Shown one piece after another: positions 1 to 13,303 of a DNA stretch of 64,000 bases. Position numbers and translations under genes: made by a program. The stretch is from Lama glama (lineage: Eukaryota): contig CM052816.1 in the NCBI GenBank assembly GCA_028534125.1, positions 24,988,001 to 25,052,000 on the forward strand, written 5' to 3'. The notes beneath the pieces are model-generated. The model had not been told where the DNA came from. It searched no databases and saw only the letters and a list, made by a program, of their open reading frames with translations. Numbering within the stretch: the first letter of the stretch is position 1; each line of letters starts with the position of its first letter.

Positions 1-1455
1 ATTTTATTATTACATACTATAAGCCAAGAATTGGAAAATGAAAAATTAAAAATTATAGTCACAATAACACTGAAATTATAAACTATGAATCAGTTTAACA
101 AAAGATGTACAAGAGCTTTTCATTGAGAACTGTAGAAAATTAGTGAGAAGGATTAAAGAAGAGATTTAAAAAAAATGGAGAAATTTACTATTTGGTGGCT
201 TTAAAGATTCAGTGTTTTCAAATGTCGGTTCTCCCCAAATTGATCTATAGATTAAATGCAATCCCAGTCAAAATTCTAGTATGATATTTTTGGGTAGAAT
301 TTGATAATTCTGAGATTTATATGGGAATATAAAAGAGCCGGAATAGTCAAATAATTTTTTAAGAGAAAAGTTTGTACTACTTGACTTGAAGATTACTGTA
401 AAACTATAGTATTCAAGACAATGTCGTATTAGTGAAAGTATTGAATGTGCCAGTGGATCAAAACAGAGAATCCAGAAATAGAATGATGTAGATATAATAA
501 GTTAATTTTGGAGAAAAATACCAAGGCAGTATTCTTCACAACAGATAGTGCTGAAGCAGCTGCATATTTTTATTTCACCAAAATAAAAATAAATGACATC
601 TCACACTTCATACCAAATTAACTTGAAATGGACCAAGATTTAAAAGTAACAGATAAGAAAGAAAATGTAGGAGAAAAATCTTGCAACTTTGGAATAGACA
701 AAGATCATACATACAAACCACCAAGCATGAACTACCCACCCCCCCAAAAAAGTTGCATTTTATCAAAATTAAAAAATTTTTTCTTTGAAGAACATCGTTA
801 AAAAAACGAAAAGGCAAGCTTCATAAAGGGGAAAATGTTAGCTATACGTCTATTTTTATAAAGAAATCACTTCCAGAATCTAAAAAGAACTTGTATAACT
901 CACTAATAAACAAAAAAATTAATAATTGGCAAAAGAAATTGAGCATATTCGTCACAAAAGTGGATATACAAATGGCCAATTCATACACAAAAATATGTTC
1001 AAATCAGTCATCAGGAAAAAACAAATTAAAATCGCAGTTAGATATCAGTATCCACCAACTAGAATGGTTAGAATTTAAAAAACTGACCATATCATACAAG
1101 TATTGGTGAAGATGTGGTGCAGTTAGGACTCTTCTATGTTACTGAGAGTAAACATGCTACAGTCACTTTATGAAACTATTTTACAATTTCTTAATAAGTT
1201 AAACATATACCTAGTGCAAGGACCCAGTCATTAACTCTTGGGTATTTACTAAATTCCACACAAACACTTGTACACAAATGTTTATAACACCTTTATTTAT
1301 GAAGCCTTAAGCTTGAAACAGCTTGAATGTCCATCAGTAGGTTAATGATTGACCAAAATGTGGCAAATTCATCCAATAGGATACTTTCAGTAATGAAAAG
1401 AAATGAACAACTGGTACATCTAATAACATAGATGAATCTCAAAATCAGCATACTG
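1..1455 (+). mobile_element. Old LINE-1 fragment (ORF2 C-terminal region and 3' part; L1MC/L1ME-like), degenerate
   Basis: A-rich plus strand with decayed L1 ORF2 motifs (ttctccccaaattgatctatagattaaatgcaatcccagtcaaaatt; ggatatacaaatggccaat; gatgaatctcaaaa). Boundaries approximate. Confidence 0.85.
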
Positions 1456-1544
1456 CATGACCCCAGTTGGCCTTTTTGTTCACTGTAAATTATGTTTTGT
1501 CTTACAGACATATAAATGAATGAAATCATAAATCATGTCTACCT

Positions 1545-4500
1545 AGGGATTCATTGATTTTGTTTGTTTTTTTTCAAATTAGCAAATTTGGCTTTGTTAA
1601 TTTTTCTCTGTTTTTGTTTTGTAGTATATTGACTTGAATTTTAAGTTGTTTTTGGTTGTTTATTTTTATTATATTGCTTATTATTTATTTTCTTTTCCTT
1701 ACTCTTGCTATCTTCTTACAAAGGTAGCTTTATTCTTTCTTAATAGAAGTATTTAAAAATAGAAATTTCCCTGCTTTCACATCTAAATTTTGAAAAAGTA
1801 TGTTTCATTAACATTTATTTAGAAATATTTTATAATTTTCTTTTAATTTTTTCCTTTACTGTCGGGTTTCCAAATATTTGGAATATTTGGGAATTTTCTT
1901 GTTATCTTATTTTTGATTAATAATCTATTTCATTATGATAAGAGAACATCCTCTATGTGATTGCAATCCTTGCAACTTGTTTTACAGCCCAGTATGTGGT
2001 CTCTCCTGGTGAATGTGTACTTGTGAATATTGTGAATTAATAAAATTTTTGTGTGACTGTTCTATAAATGTCATTTACTTCAAGTTTATTGATAATCTTG
2101 TTCAAATCGTTCATATTTCAGCCTTTTCTTTTTTCCCATTTCTATCACTGGATAGAAAGGTATTAAAATCTCCTATAATGATTTTGGGTTACTCTATTTC
2201 CATTTAGTATTGTTATTATTTTCTCAATAACTGGACAAGGTAATATTATAAGGTAAACCTTTTTATCTGTGGTGATAACTCTTTGTCTTGAAGTGTAGTT
2301 TTGTGAGATGTGTAGAGCCATATAAGTTTACTTATGTTTACTGTTTACTTACTATGTATTTTCCCACACTTCACTTTCTATCTGTGTACTTATATTAAAA
2401 GTCATCTTTTGAAAACAACAATTGGTTGGGTAATGATTATTTTTTAAATCAATTTTGCCTTGTGAATGGGGGGTTTATTCCATTCATATGAATAAATAAA
2501 TTAATAATTTACATAAGTGACTTTATCTATAAACTTAATATTTGTTTTCTATTTGTACCCTCATCACTTTTTTCTTTCTTTTTTTCTTGCCATCTTATAT
2601 ATATACACGCACATATATTTATACACACATAATTTAGTATTTCATTTTTTCTGCTCTGATGGCTTCTTAAACTGTATTCTTCAAAGAGCTCTTTGTATTC
2701 TCTTTTATAGTTGCTACAGTGATTATAATTTATCTTTAATTTTAGAGTCTTGGCATTGATATTTTACCTCTACACAGATGATATCGAATATTACAATAGA
2801 ACAGTTCCATTTACTCCTACTTGCCTTTGAGGTACTGTTGTCATATATTTTATTTGTTTCTATGCTGTGAACTCTACAGTATACTGTTACTATTCTTTAA
2901 AGAATCAATTATCTTTAAAAAATAAGGAAAGGAAGAAAAGTAGTCTTTTAAGTTTATCCATATATTTACTGTTTCCTGTGTTTTTCATTCCTTATTGAGA
3001 TGAATTCTCATCTGGTATTATTTCCTTTCAACATGACACATTTTCTTTAGCATCTCTTACGAGTCTGCTGGTGAATTAGCTTAGCTTTCTATTATTTGAA
3101 GAAAGACTTTGCTTTTATTTTGTCAGATATTTTCACTGGATAAAATTCTTGCTGACAATTTTATTTTTCTTTCAGCATTGAAAAGATCTCAATCCATTGT
3201 TCACTGGTTTCCATTGTTTCTGATGATACCTGTCATCATTCTTACTGTATTTCTTTTGAATGTAATGTTCCTCCTATCTAGGGCTTTTGTGTTTTTTTTT
3301 TTTTCCTTTGATTTCAGCAGTTTGACTTTGAAGAGCTTAGTTGTGGATTTCTTTGTATTTATATTTTTTGGTTTCTCTGAGTTTCTCCAAATACACAGGC
3401 TGCTGTTTTAATCATCTGTGAAAAAATCTTGGCCAGTATTTCTTTATATATTTTTTCTGTTCCATTCTCATTTTACTCTCTCTAAGACTTCATTTACACA
3501 TATGGTAGATCACTCAATACCATCCCTAACGCACTGGTGCTTATTATTTCTTTTCAATCCTTTTTTCTTATCTGTGCTTCAGTTCATGTAACTTCTATTA
3601 GTTTATCTTTATAATCATTGATTCTTTTCCCTGTTGATCACATCTAACACATTTATTTCAAGTGTTATTTTTTTCACTTCAAGGATTTCCATTAAGTTTC
3701 TTTTCCTTACATTTTTAATAGATGTTCTAAAATTTCTCATCTCTTCACTTAATACATCTATGTTTTCCTGTACTTTCTTTAGCATATGTATCATACATAA
3801 AACATAGTGGTTTTAACACTTTGCCTATAAATTTCATAATATGAGTTATCTCTAGATCTCTTTTTTATTAGATATTTCTTTTAACTATTCGTAGTATTTT
3901 CCTGTTTATTTGCATTTCTAGTGATCCTTGATTAATAGACATTTTGGAGAATACATTGTAGGGACCTGTTTTTTTTCTTTTCTCATTCTCTGAAGAACAT
4001 TGCATTTTGTGTTGGCAGGCAGTTAAATTACTGGTAATCCCATGATCAAAGGGAGATTTGATTTTAGGCTTTGTTGTATGAGTTTATTTCAGTTTTACTC
4101 TTAGTATTAGGAGATATCCTTCGGTTTTGGGACACGATCTTTACTCCTAAGTTGTGGTCTTAATAGTATTTCAATGTATAACTCAAGGTATTTATGAAGC
4201 CTCTCTCACTCTCACTGAATGAATTCCTAACTCCGTATCCTAAGTGGCAGGCAGCTTCTGAAAGCACCAGTCAGCTCCTTAACTTTACAGCTGTTGATTT
4301 TCCTGGACCTTTTTAAGTTTCTCTTCTGGGCTGTGTAGTTCAGGAGTCCGCTAAGTACTTTTGCAGAGAATGTACTCAGATTTTGAATCTTTCTCTTTGT
4401 GGATCTCTTTTTTTTTTTTAAATAGGTTTTCCCATTCAATTTCATACTATTCCAAAAGCTTTCAGCTCCTCTGACCACTCATCCCAGTAAAGCTGCTATG

Positions 4501-4770
4501 TTCTGATGAGGCTCTGTTATCTAACTCAGCAAATCTAGAGACTGCCCTCAAGGGTAAAATTTAAAAAAAAAAAACAAGCAAACCCATAAAACAGATAAAC
4601 ATGGATCACATCCTATACGTTACTTTTTTTCACGTATCCCAACTATTCTAGTTACTACCCAGTCCCTAGCACTTTTAAATAGAGGTTTTAAAATATTTTG
4701 TCTAGCATTTTAAATTGTTATTGGTAGGAGAGTTTTCTGATATAAACTACTTTGCCATTATCTGAAGCCA
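1545..4770 (-). mobile_element. Old LINE-1 (L1ME-like) 5' half in antisense: ORF2 start, ORF1 and 5' region remnants
   Basis: T-rich plus strand with typical antisense L1 motifs (ataagagaacatcctctatgtgatt; cagcagtttgactttgaagagcttagttgtggatttctttgtattt). Ends in actactttgccattatctgaagc, resembling the reverse complement of an old L1 5' terminus. Confidence 0.75.
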
Positions 4771-4797
4771 AAACAGTTTTAATATTTTTTGTTTCAG

Positions 4798-4978
4798 AGT
4801 TTTGAATGGACTTTTTGCTATTGTCTCAGAAATGTGGTTAACATCTGAGGACAGCATGTGCTAAATAAACTTCACTTGTGCACTGGACCTAATATGGGTA
4901 GCAGAACTCCTAGATCAAGGAAGAAAATTTCAAGAGAACCACTCAGAGACTGAAAATGACTACAAGCAGGAAAAAGTG
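4798..4978 (+). pseudogene. Candidate decayed exon (181 nt, phase 2 to 0) of an unidentified gene
   Basis: Acceptor tttttgtttcag| and strong donor GTG|gtaagt. The 60-codon frame VLNGLFAIVSEMWLTSEDSMC*INFTCALDLIWVAELLDQGRKFQENHSETENDYKQEKV has a single TAA at 4862-4864. Confidence 0.4.
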
Positions 4979-5899
4979 GTAAGTCATTTCCTGACTGGAT
5001 GTCTCCTTAGTTAATACAATTGCTGATCTATCTATGAGCTGTTTGTATATAAAAAGGAATAGGACTGAGAAAGCAGTGATTGAATTAAAATACAATAATT
5101 TCAAATTTGTACCCTGCCGAGTTCAGACTGTTTAATGTACTGGGTATATCATATTCACTGAATCATGATGATATAATATATATGAAAGTTAAATATGTAA
5201 TGGTCTTAGATGAGAGTGAGTTTTGTTAAAACAGAATTCTAGAATGGGTTCTACAGTATGTTTATTTTTTCTGTGAGCCTATTAGATTGACCTGTTACTC
5301 TTTAACAGTTGATTTTTGTAGATAATGTTTGCTTCCTTCCAATTTTCTCTCAGAATGCTAGCTGCCTACTTAATATGGAATAAACTAGTTCTCTGACTCC
5401 TTTCTTCCCTTTCGTTGTTCCTATACTCCCCTCATAGGGAGGGAGTCTTTCAGTCTAATCACACTTTGAAGTTATGTTGAAACTGGGATCAGTATAAGCA
5501 AAAGAATAGTGCTACGTTCTAAAAAACATGAGAACACTGGGAAAACAATTTTCTTGTCTTTCATTACAAGGGCGTCATGAAGCTCTCTGGCCCTCAAAAC
5601 AGTGGATGGTGGCAGGTTAAACCAAGGCCCTTGCCAGGGTAAATTAAGAATAGGAAAAATAAAAGGAGGCCACAGGTAAAACACTTTGGGAACAATGATC
5701 TTAGATAAACTTTGTACAAACTGAAAGGTGAATGAACAGAGAAGTAAAGACATATTAAATATAATCATCTGAATTGAAGTAAGTTAGTACATAACACAGG
5801 GCTCTCTCTAGGAATTGACTGAATACCTTTCTAGACTCTGGGCGTAACAACTGTTTACATGCAGAGCATCACAGTCAACTTCAGAGACTGTATATCAGC

Positions 5900-6100
5900 T
5901 AGGACTGTTCAAATTTGAGCTTAGTCATTAACTAGGTATGTGAAAGTAGAAATTCATTTTAAATTTTTTTCTCAACTATGAATAGAATTAATCATGGTAT
6001 TTGGGTCATAAAGATGTTATCAAGAGTAAATGAGATAAAACATGTAACAATTTTAGCACAATGCATAGTTGATTACCAAATGATCAATAATTGTGACCTT
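5900..6100 (+). mobile_element. MIR SINE fragment
   Basis: Core-like sequence ttcaaatttgagcttagtcattaactagg ... gttatcaagagtaaatgagataaaacatgtaacaattttagcacaatg. Confidence 0.65.
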
Positions 6101-6119
6101 CAGTTATCATCACTGTTAA

Positions 6120-6452
6120 AATCCACATGACTTTCTCCTTCACTTCTTTCATGTTTTTATTTAAATACCTTTATTTTAAGCAAGACCTTTTTTCTGATTG
6201 CCTATTTAAAACTCTGATACTTCTTAATTTTTAATTTCCCTTCCTTGCTATGTTTTATTCATAATATTTAACATTATTATACCACATTTCACTTCTTTAT
6301 ATTGCTTAATTTTTGTCTCCTGTCACAAATGTATAAACTCTGTTAGAGCAGGGATTATTTTGTCTATTTTATACATTGCTGTATCCCAAGAACTTACAAC
6401 CCGGTACAGAGTAGAAACACAGGTGTTCACTAAATATTTGTTGAATGAATGA
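6120..6452 (+). mobile_element. L2 3' end
   Basis: gtataaactctgttagagcagggattattttgtctattt ... taaatatttgttgaatgaatga is the L2 terminal signature. Confidence 0.8.
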
Positions 6453-9026
6453 TAACATAATTTGGTGTGTGATGAGATGGTGTAGCTCTCTCTGTCTCTA
6501 ATATGAACAGATTCTTTGTTCTCTTGGCAGCTGAGTTCTCCAGTTTCTTGCATTATGACAATAGTGGAGGCTTTTTTTCCCCTTTTGACAGCAAGTCCCT
6601 TACATTGTACAGGATAATATTTTTGAAATAATAACTGGTGGCTTTTCCTTTTATATTTCCTATAAACCTGACCTATTTCCCATTTGGTCAGGAGCCAGAA
6701 CTTGTCACATATATGCCTTCGGAAGAGATTGTTACATTGAAAAGCTGAGAAATAGTTTAGGTTCCCAAATCATAAGACCCAAGGGAACTCAACGCTATGA
6801 AAACATGCGGCAACTCAGAGCAAAGTTTCCTTTCCCTATAACTAAAAGAGATTCCTTGAACTGTAAGAAGTTGGAGTCAGAGGTAGAATAAACAATGAAT
6901 AGTGAAAGGGTTCTTGGAAAGGAAGCCCTTTGTTCAGACATTTACCCAGTCTCTATCTTGAAATTAGGATTAACAGAAATTGCAGATAGGTTTGATGATT
7001 CAAGTACCGAGAGTACTTTGTTCTGTGGGTAGTTATCTAGAAAGCAGACAGGCTCTAGAGTAGAAATGGCCACATGGTAGATTTAGGCAGAGGGACCTGA
7101 AACATTCTGACTCCATCATAACATGATTGTGATCTTGACACACGTTCTCCTCTACGTCCCATGCACTCTTAGTGACTGCTTTCAGGATGCCACCACTCTG
7201 CCTTGGCATGACCAAGCTTTCCTGGGATGCTCCTGTTTTCTGAGCTGTTGCTGTCGCTGACTCAGGACTACCTGGAGATGATCCTTTGAGAAAGGAAAAT
7301 GGCCTTACTATCCTTATATGTACAATCCCTATCTTTGACACCAAGACTTATTCTCAAAGTCAATTCTGTTTTATAAAAATCTCTCACTAAAGTCTATTCA
7401 GTCTTTACCTTTTACTCCTGTTCCATTGTTTCTTCTTAACAAGAAAAGTAGAGAAGAGCATTTAAACATAGTTGAGATTTTTACTCTATCATGCTCACTA
7501 GCCCAAGCTTTTATGTAAGTCCCCATCTTCTGACACACCAGAGGTGGTATGAACCAGTGAGCTTTCCATGTATATTTTGCATTATATCTTCTGTAAATTT
7601 GTTTTACTTTCAACCAGAACTCTTTGGAATGAAAAGAAAATTTTTTTCTCCTGTGTGGTTAAAACCTGTCCTCAACAGAGAATTATCTAGCAGTCTATGC
7701 CTCCAGCTTATCTCCAAAGCCTCATTGGGTTTATTGGCAAGTAAAATGACTTGCAGATCTTAGGATGTGGAAGAAATGGCTGATTTCTCTGTCAATTGTG
7801 TCAACGTGTGCTTTCTTCATTTTCTGGCCCATTGCCAATACCTTCCTTGTTGCCTTCCAGTGGGCTCAGGATTATCAAGATCACCAGTTATTTCAGTGGT
7901 TTGCTGTGATTGGATGTGCTGCATTTCTACCAGAATGCTATATACTGCGTATGTTTCTTGCCATCATATCTCTGGTTGGGGATTGATATCCACTAATTGT
8001 GCTTGCTGAGAAGACCCAAAATGTTTCATATTCTAACTTCCCTGAGTGGTAACATTAAAACTTCCCAGCTGCCAAAATGGCTGCATCAAAGGAACCAGAC
8101 TCAAAACATCATCACAATAATGGAATTCCCTAGCAATAATTCAGCCATATATGAATCAAAGATTTCTGAAAAACAATGACAGTGTGAACTGAGTAGGGAG
8201 CACATAAATAGAATGTTAGAAGATTTTATCAAAATGTTGAAATATAAGGTTGACTTTTAAAAATGTTTTTATATTTACTATTACCTCAGTAATGAGGTGT
8301 AAATTAGTATTATCATCAAAGAAATGGAATAGGTATGTGTCAAGCCAGAGCAAGATGCAATATTTTTGTTCTGGACCATAGTCATGTGTACATAGCAGTA
8401 ACAGCCAACTCAGAATGCTTCTGTCACCATAGGTTATCTAAATAACAGATTAGAATTATTATTGAGAGCATAGATGTTTTGAAATTGTTTTAAATGTACC
8501 TTAAAACAGATTAATTGACTCAGCAGTGGTGAGGTCAGGCATCACATATAAGCACACATGTTGTGACATTTTATTAGGCAGAGTAATTTAGATGTAGTAG
8601 AACTGGCCTCTAAACATCCCTGGTGCTCTCTCAGCCTTTACACTATTGATGTAAAATGAACAAGATTAACAGCTTTTTTAAAAAAAAATCTCCTTGCCAT
8701 GATCATAAGAAATCAATAGACCAAGACAAGAGAATAATTTCATCTTTGATTTGGGCTTTAATTCACATTTCCTCCTTTGAAGTTCTTTACAGCTTCTTAG
8801 CTAGATCCCTGAACAAAGAATGACAATTTAAAACTATCAAAAGGTCCAAAGCATCCACCTTTCTCAGGCAAAATTCTCAGTGGCCTCTCAGATACTAACA
8901 TTTGTTTAGGTGCTAGAGTGACATGGTTGTGCCTATGTCTGCTTACTTTTTCTCTAAGTCTCTTTTTACTGCTCTTCCTACCTTTGGCAACTATGTATTT
9001 ATTTATGTCTATTTATTATGATTCAG

Positions 9027-9080
9027 GTGTGAAGGAAGATTCAGATATTAGCAAGTCAGACAAAGGAGTTTAGAGGAGCA
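9027..9080 (+). pseudogene. Candidate decayed exon (54 nt, symmetric)
   Basis: attcag| acceptor and GCA|gtgagc donor. Phase-0 reading is V*RKIQILASQTKEFRGA. Confidence 0.25.
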
Positions 9081-9329
9081 GTGAGCATTCTCTTAACCCG
9101 ACTGCTTTTGTGCAACTTTTATAACTATTGCAAAAACCAGAAGCCTCCTTTAAAACTTTCCCCTCCATTCTACAAAAATATTTAAAGAAGGCTCTTAACT
9201 GTTTTGCATTTCTGTATTTTAAAATAAATTCAATGGGAAACTAGATGATGTAATGTGACAAAAACCTTGAAATTCTGTATCATTTAGTAATAGCAATAAA
9301 AGACAGGATGAAAGTCAACCAGTAGAATA

Positions 9330-10310
9330 CATTCAACTCAGTCATTGAACAAACATTTACAGGGTAGCTACTCTCTGCAAGCACTATTCTAATTTGTTGG
9401 GATAGATTAGTAAACAACACACAGATCCTTGACCACGTGGAGTTTAAGTTTATATTCTAGTAAGGGGCACCTATAATAAAACAGGAATGTAACTGCCAAG
9501 TTATAGAAAAGTCCTTAAGACCACCCTCAACTTTGATACCAGTTGTGAGTGTGGGGACCCAAGACACCGTTTGATTTGATAATTCAGTAGAAAGACTAGC
9601 AGAACTCACTGAGCATTGTTATACTTATGGTTATGGTTCACTGCAGCAAAAAGATACAGATTAAAATCAGCAAAGGAAAGAGAACCATGGGGCAGAGCCC
9701 ATCAGGCCTATAAATGTGGCCCTTCCAGTTGTCCTCTGCCACTGGAGTCATGGGCATGGTTAACTCCTCCCGACAGTGACGTATCATAATAAGCACAAAG
9801 TATTGCCAAGTAGCAAAGCTCGTTTGAGACCTGATGTCCAGAATCTTTATGGGGTCTCATTACGTAGACGTGGTCAGCTGCCCACATGGCTCACCTTAGT
9901 CTTCAGCCCCTGTAGGGTTGAGCTGATACTGTGTGACTCAAAGTCTCCACCAAAACTCACATTGTTATACTTCCCTGCATATGCCACAGCCCCCAGGTAA
10001 ACAAAAACACTTTCACTAGTCAGAATATGCCAAGGGTTTAGAGATTACCTCTCAGGAGCAGAGGGCAAAGACCAGATCTCTTTAGGCAAGGATAAACTAC
10101 AATAATATAGAAGTAAATTGTATGTAGTATTGAGTTTTAGAAGATCATAAGTGCTAGGGAGAAATTTTGTGAAAAAATAGAGTAAAGTTAAGGGAATTAG
10201 GATTGTATGAATGGATGATGAATGGCAGGGACAATTTGCTTTATTGGATGTGGTGTTCAGGATAAGCCTTGTGGGAAAAGGTGTCATTTGAGCAAAGAGT
10301 TGAAGCCTAT
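9330..10310 (-). mobile_element. L2 fragment interrupted by a MER21 LTR
   Basis: cattcaactcagtcattgaacaaacatttac at ~9330 is an antisense L2 tail. L2-like sequence resumes after 10101 (gtggtgttcaggataagccttgtgggaaaaggtgtcatttgagcaaaga). Confidence 0.7.
9488..10101 (-). mobile_element. MER21-family solo LTR (MER21B/C-like)
   Basis: TG...CA ends. The reverse complement of the right end reads tccttgcctaaagagatctggtctttgccctctgctcctgagaggtaatctctaaacccttgg, matching the recalled MER21 5' consensus. Confidence 0.85.
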
Positions 10311-10759
10311 AATTTTAAAGTAATGAAACCAAGATACAGAAAGGAAGGTAACTTGTCCAAGGCCAACTGAGATCTGGTGCCTGTTACTCGGAGCTGAGCA
10401 AAGACGTTGTCTAGCAGAATGCTATTCAAGTTTCCAGCTCACGTGGTAATGGATTGATTTGTATCTAATCAAGGTGCTTTTGCCATAGTAGGATCACCGA
10501 GATGTCAATAACAAAATTTGGCAAAGAGAGTCAGAAGCTAGTCCAGGAGAAATTAAAGTCCGTCCTGAAATCTAGAAGAGAGCAAAGCTAGGAGCAGAAG
10601 GAGTAGATAGGCATCAAATACATGAGTACGGCCTAGGCTAGTTTAAAAAATTTCAGACAGTGTTGTACCATTCATGCTGGGATGTGTACACATATCCAGT
10701 TAACCCGCTATGGCCACCATGTGAGGATAACCCTAAATGTCATTAACCCTTTTCCTAGA

Positions 10760-11040
10760 ATGCCCTACTATGCTCTTTCTTTTGGCAAATTCCTATTTTT
10801 CTAACAAGACCCATTTCATATATCTTCTCTGATTATTCCCTCTTCCAGTCTTCCTTAGTAACTTGAACTCACATCTATAGCACTTAAACCATTGTATTAC
10901 AGTCTTCTACAGGCTGTTCCAGTGGCTAAACTGTGAGTTTATGATGAGTAAGAACTGTATTTTATTCATGTTTGTATCCCTAGCACCTGTTACCCAGGAA
11001 GTGTTCAGTAAGTATGTGTGTGGAGTAAGTAAGTGAATTC
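10760..11040 (+). mobile_element. L2 3' fragment
   Basis: ctaaactgtgagtttatgatgagtaagaactgtattttattcatgtttgtatccctagcacct ... gtgttcagtaagtatgtg. Confidence 0.7.
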
Positions 11041-11654
11041 TTGAATCCATGAAAGAGCTCAGAGTGATTGTTATTTGTTATATACTTCAGATATAATCTC
11101 AGAAAACAAAACTCAGTGGTAAGAACATTGCTTGGTGTATTAGGATATGGAATCAGAGTGGAGATAACATAAACCTGGCAAGAACAGAGTAGGGATAAAC
11201 CTGGAGAGCTGGCAAGCCCTGTGATCACTTTTCTGTGGTTAATTTCTTATTAACAGTTCCTGAAGTAATTTTGGATTGGATTTTTGTCCAAGTCTTCCTC
11301 AGTCTTCTAAGGTGAAGCAATTATTTTTTGATGCAGTAATTCATCTGTTTATTCATATAACTGTTCTGTAAATCAGGCATTCTTTTGGGTGCTGGAGATA
11401 TAAAATGAACATGACATAGCCTCAGTCATTTTGAATAACGCTTTAGTGGTAGATTTTAAGGGGGAAATTGACATGAAATGAATCACAATATAGTATCATA
11501 TGTACAAAGTGAGGCAGGACCACAGCAGTAAATGTAATTTCACTCTCTTTTTACAAGAATGCCTATTGAACAATCACATCCAGTCTCATATAAAAACAGT
11601 GGTTCTGAGTGGATGGAGGAGAAGCATTCTCACTTTTCATCCTATGAAATTCCG

Positions 11655-11850
11655 TTAAACTGAATTTGAGCTCCTCTGCACCAGTTCTGTGATTGTGGAC
11701 AAGTGTTTTGAGCCTTGGTTTCCTGATTTATGAAATAAAGGTAGTGATGGCTACCTCAGAAAACTTTGGGGAGAATAATTTTGAAAACATATGTAAAGTT
11801 CCAAGGTATGTCTAACAGACTCCAAACTAGGTTATGTTTATTATATTTCA
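11655..11850 (+). mobile_element. MIR SINE fragment
   Basis: ctgtgattgtggacaagtgttttgagccttggtttcctgatttatgaaataaaggtagtgatggctacctca resembles the MIR core. Confidence 0.7.
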
Positions 11851-13197
11851 CATTATCTTTGATGTCAGAATGTTAAAATTTAGAAATTATAGACCATAGA
11901 TGATTGTGAAAAATGTATTTCATTTTTACAATGCCCAAATCTCTCAAATTTCTACTGTACAAGAAAAGTCAGCATTCTTTGAGTGAGTAGAAAGATTAAG
12001 GTTCTTGTGTTGAAAGTAAATGTAGTTATATAATGTTAGGTCTAGCAGAATTCCTTTCTATCAGTGTATGCCACAGTTCTGATAATATGGAAAATATCAT
12101 TTTGGATTTTCTTTCATCAGAGTACATTGTACAAGAAGATATTATTTACTAGTAATGTTCTGTACATCTCAGAGGTCAAATCTCTATATGAATTTGTCAT
12201 ATTTTACACTTTCTTTCAATTAGGGTACACGGGCCTTGCTGTATAACTGAATTTATTTTTTTAAAAAGTGGTCCCATTTCATTCATGAACTAAAAAACAG
12301 ATATATAGTGTATAATAAAAAGTAAGTTTTCTAGAGGTCAGAGAAAAGAAAAACGTTACATTAATGATAGTTCAAGGAAGATGTATTTTTAACCCTCCAT
12401 GTCATGCATTTTAGTGCTGGTATAATTTACTTATGCAATATATCCTTAAAGGGTGCTGAATTATACATCCTGTGTTAAAACATTCAACAAGGCTGGTTTT
12501 ATAAAAAGCTTCTGTCATTGACTTTTAACCCAGTAAAATCCCAACAATATTAGTTTTTCTAAACCTAAGTTCACAAGTTTGAGCAATCATTATATACTTA
12601 TCTGTGTTTATATATTCTTTTTTATGAGTAGATAATGTAGTTTATATTTCAAATCAAATTAAAATATAGCCTTAAAAGATATTGCATTCTCTATATAAAA
12701 CATTGAATTTCAATTACACGTTGTTTCAGGAAAAGATATAGTTTGTTTTGAAACCTTCCACATAAACTTACTATTTTTGTTAAAATGTTCCAGCTGTACT
12801 TTTTATGAGTGCTAGACATACTTTTCTGATGTTCACTGGGCTTAGTGGCGCATGTCGTGACTAGTATTGTTTTTCAATGTCTGTTGCATTAGAAAAAGCT
12901 CAAGTTGAGCCTTGAGTGCAATGTAGTTTGTCTCTTTTGAGCTCCCAGGCAACAATAACCTCTCATCATGATTACAGAGTCTTTTGCAGAAAGATGGGCC
13001 TAATCCTGGTGCTCCATCAACTCAGTAATCTATTCCAATCAGTATTTGATGGATTTGACAGGCCATCTCTAGCCAAGTGAGACAGACTCAGGCAGGTCAA
13101 GCAACTAAGGTCTGCTGCAAAATACTGGGGAAAATCTTTGTGGTACATCAAAAATTACATACACTAAAATTGTTTCTGGTGTCTTCTCTTTTGACAG

Positions 13198-13303
13198 AGA
13201 ATGAATATAAAATATTTCCAGATCTACAGTTCAAAATACTCCCATTATTTTAGTCATTGGACACAAATTCATTCAACATTAAAAGTTAAAGATAAATAAC
13301 CTG
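13198..13303 (+). pseudogene. Candidate decayed exon (106 nt, phase 0 to 1)
   Basis: Strong acceptor gtcttctcttttgacag| and donor CTG|gtatta. Reads RMNIKYFQIYSSKYSHYFSHWTQIHSTLKVKDK*P. Confidence 0.2.

Noticed and set aside
7398..8179. Cluster of 60-90 aa ORFs, one hydrophobic (7765-7986)
   Set aside because: Overlapping in multiple frames, with no consistent splice or promoter context and no family resemblance.
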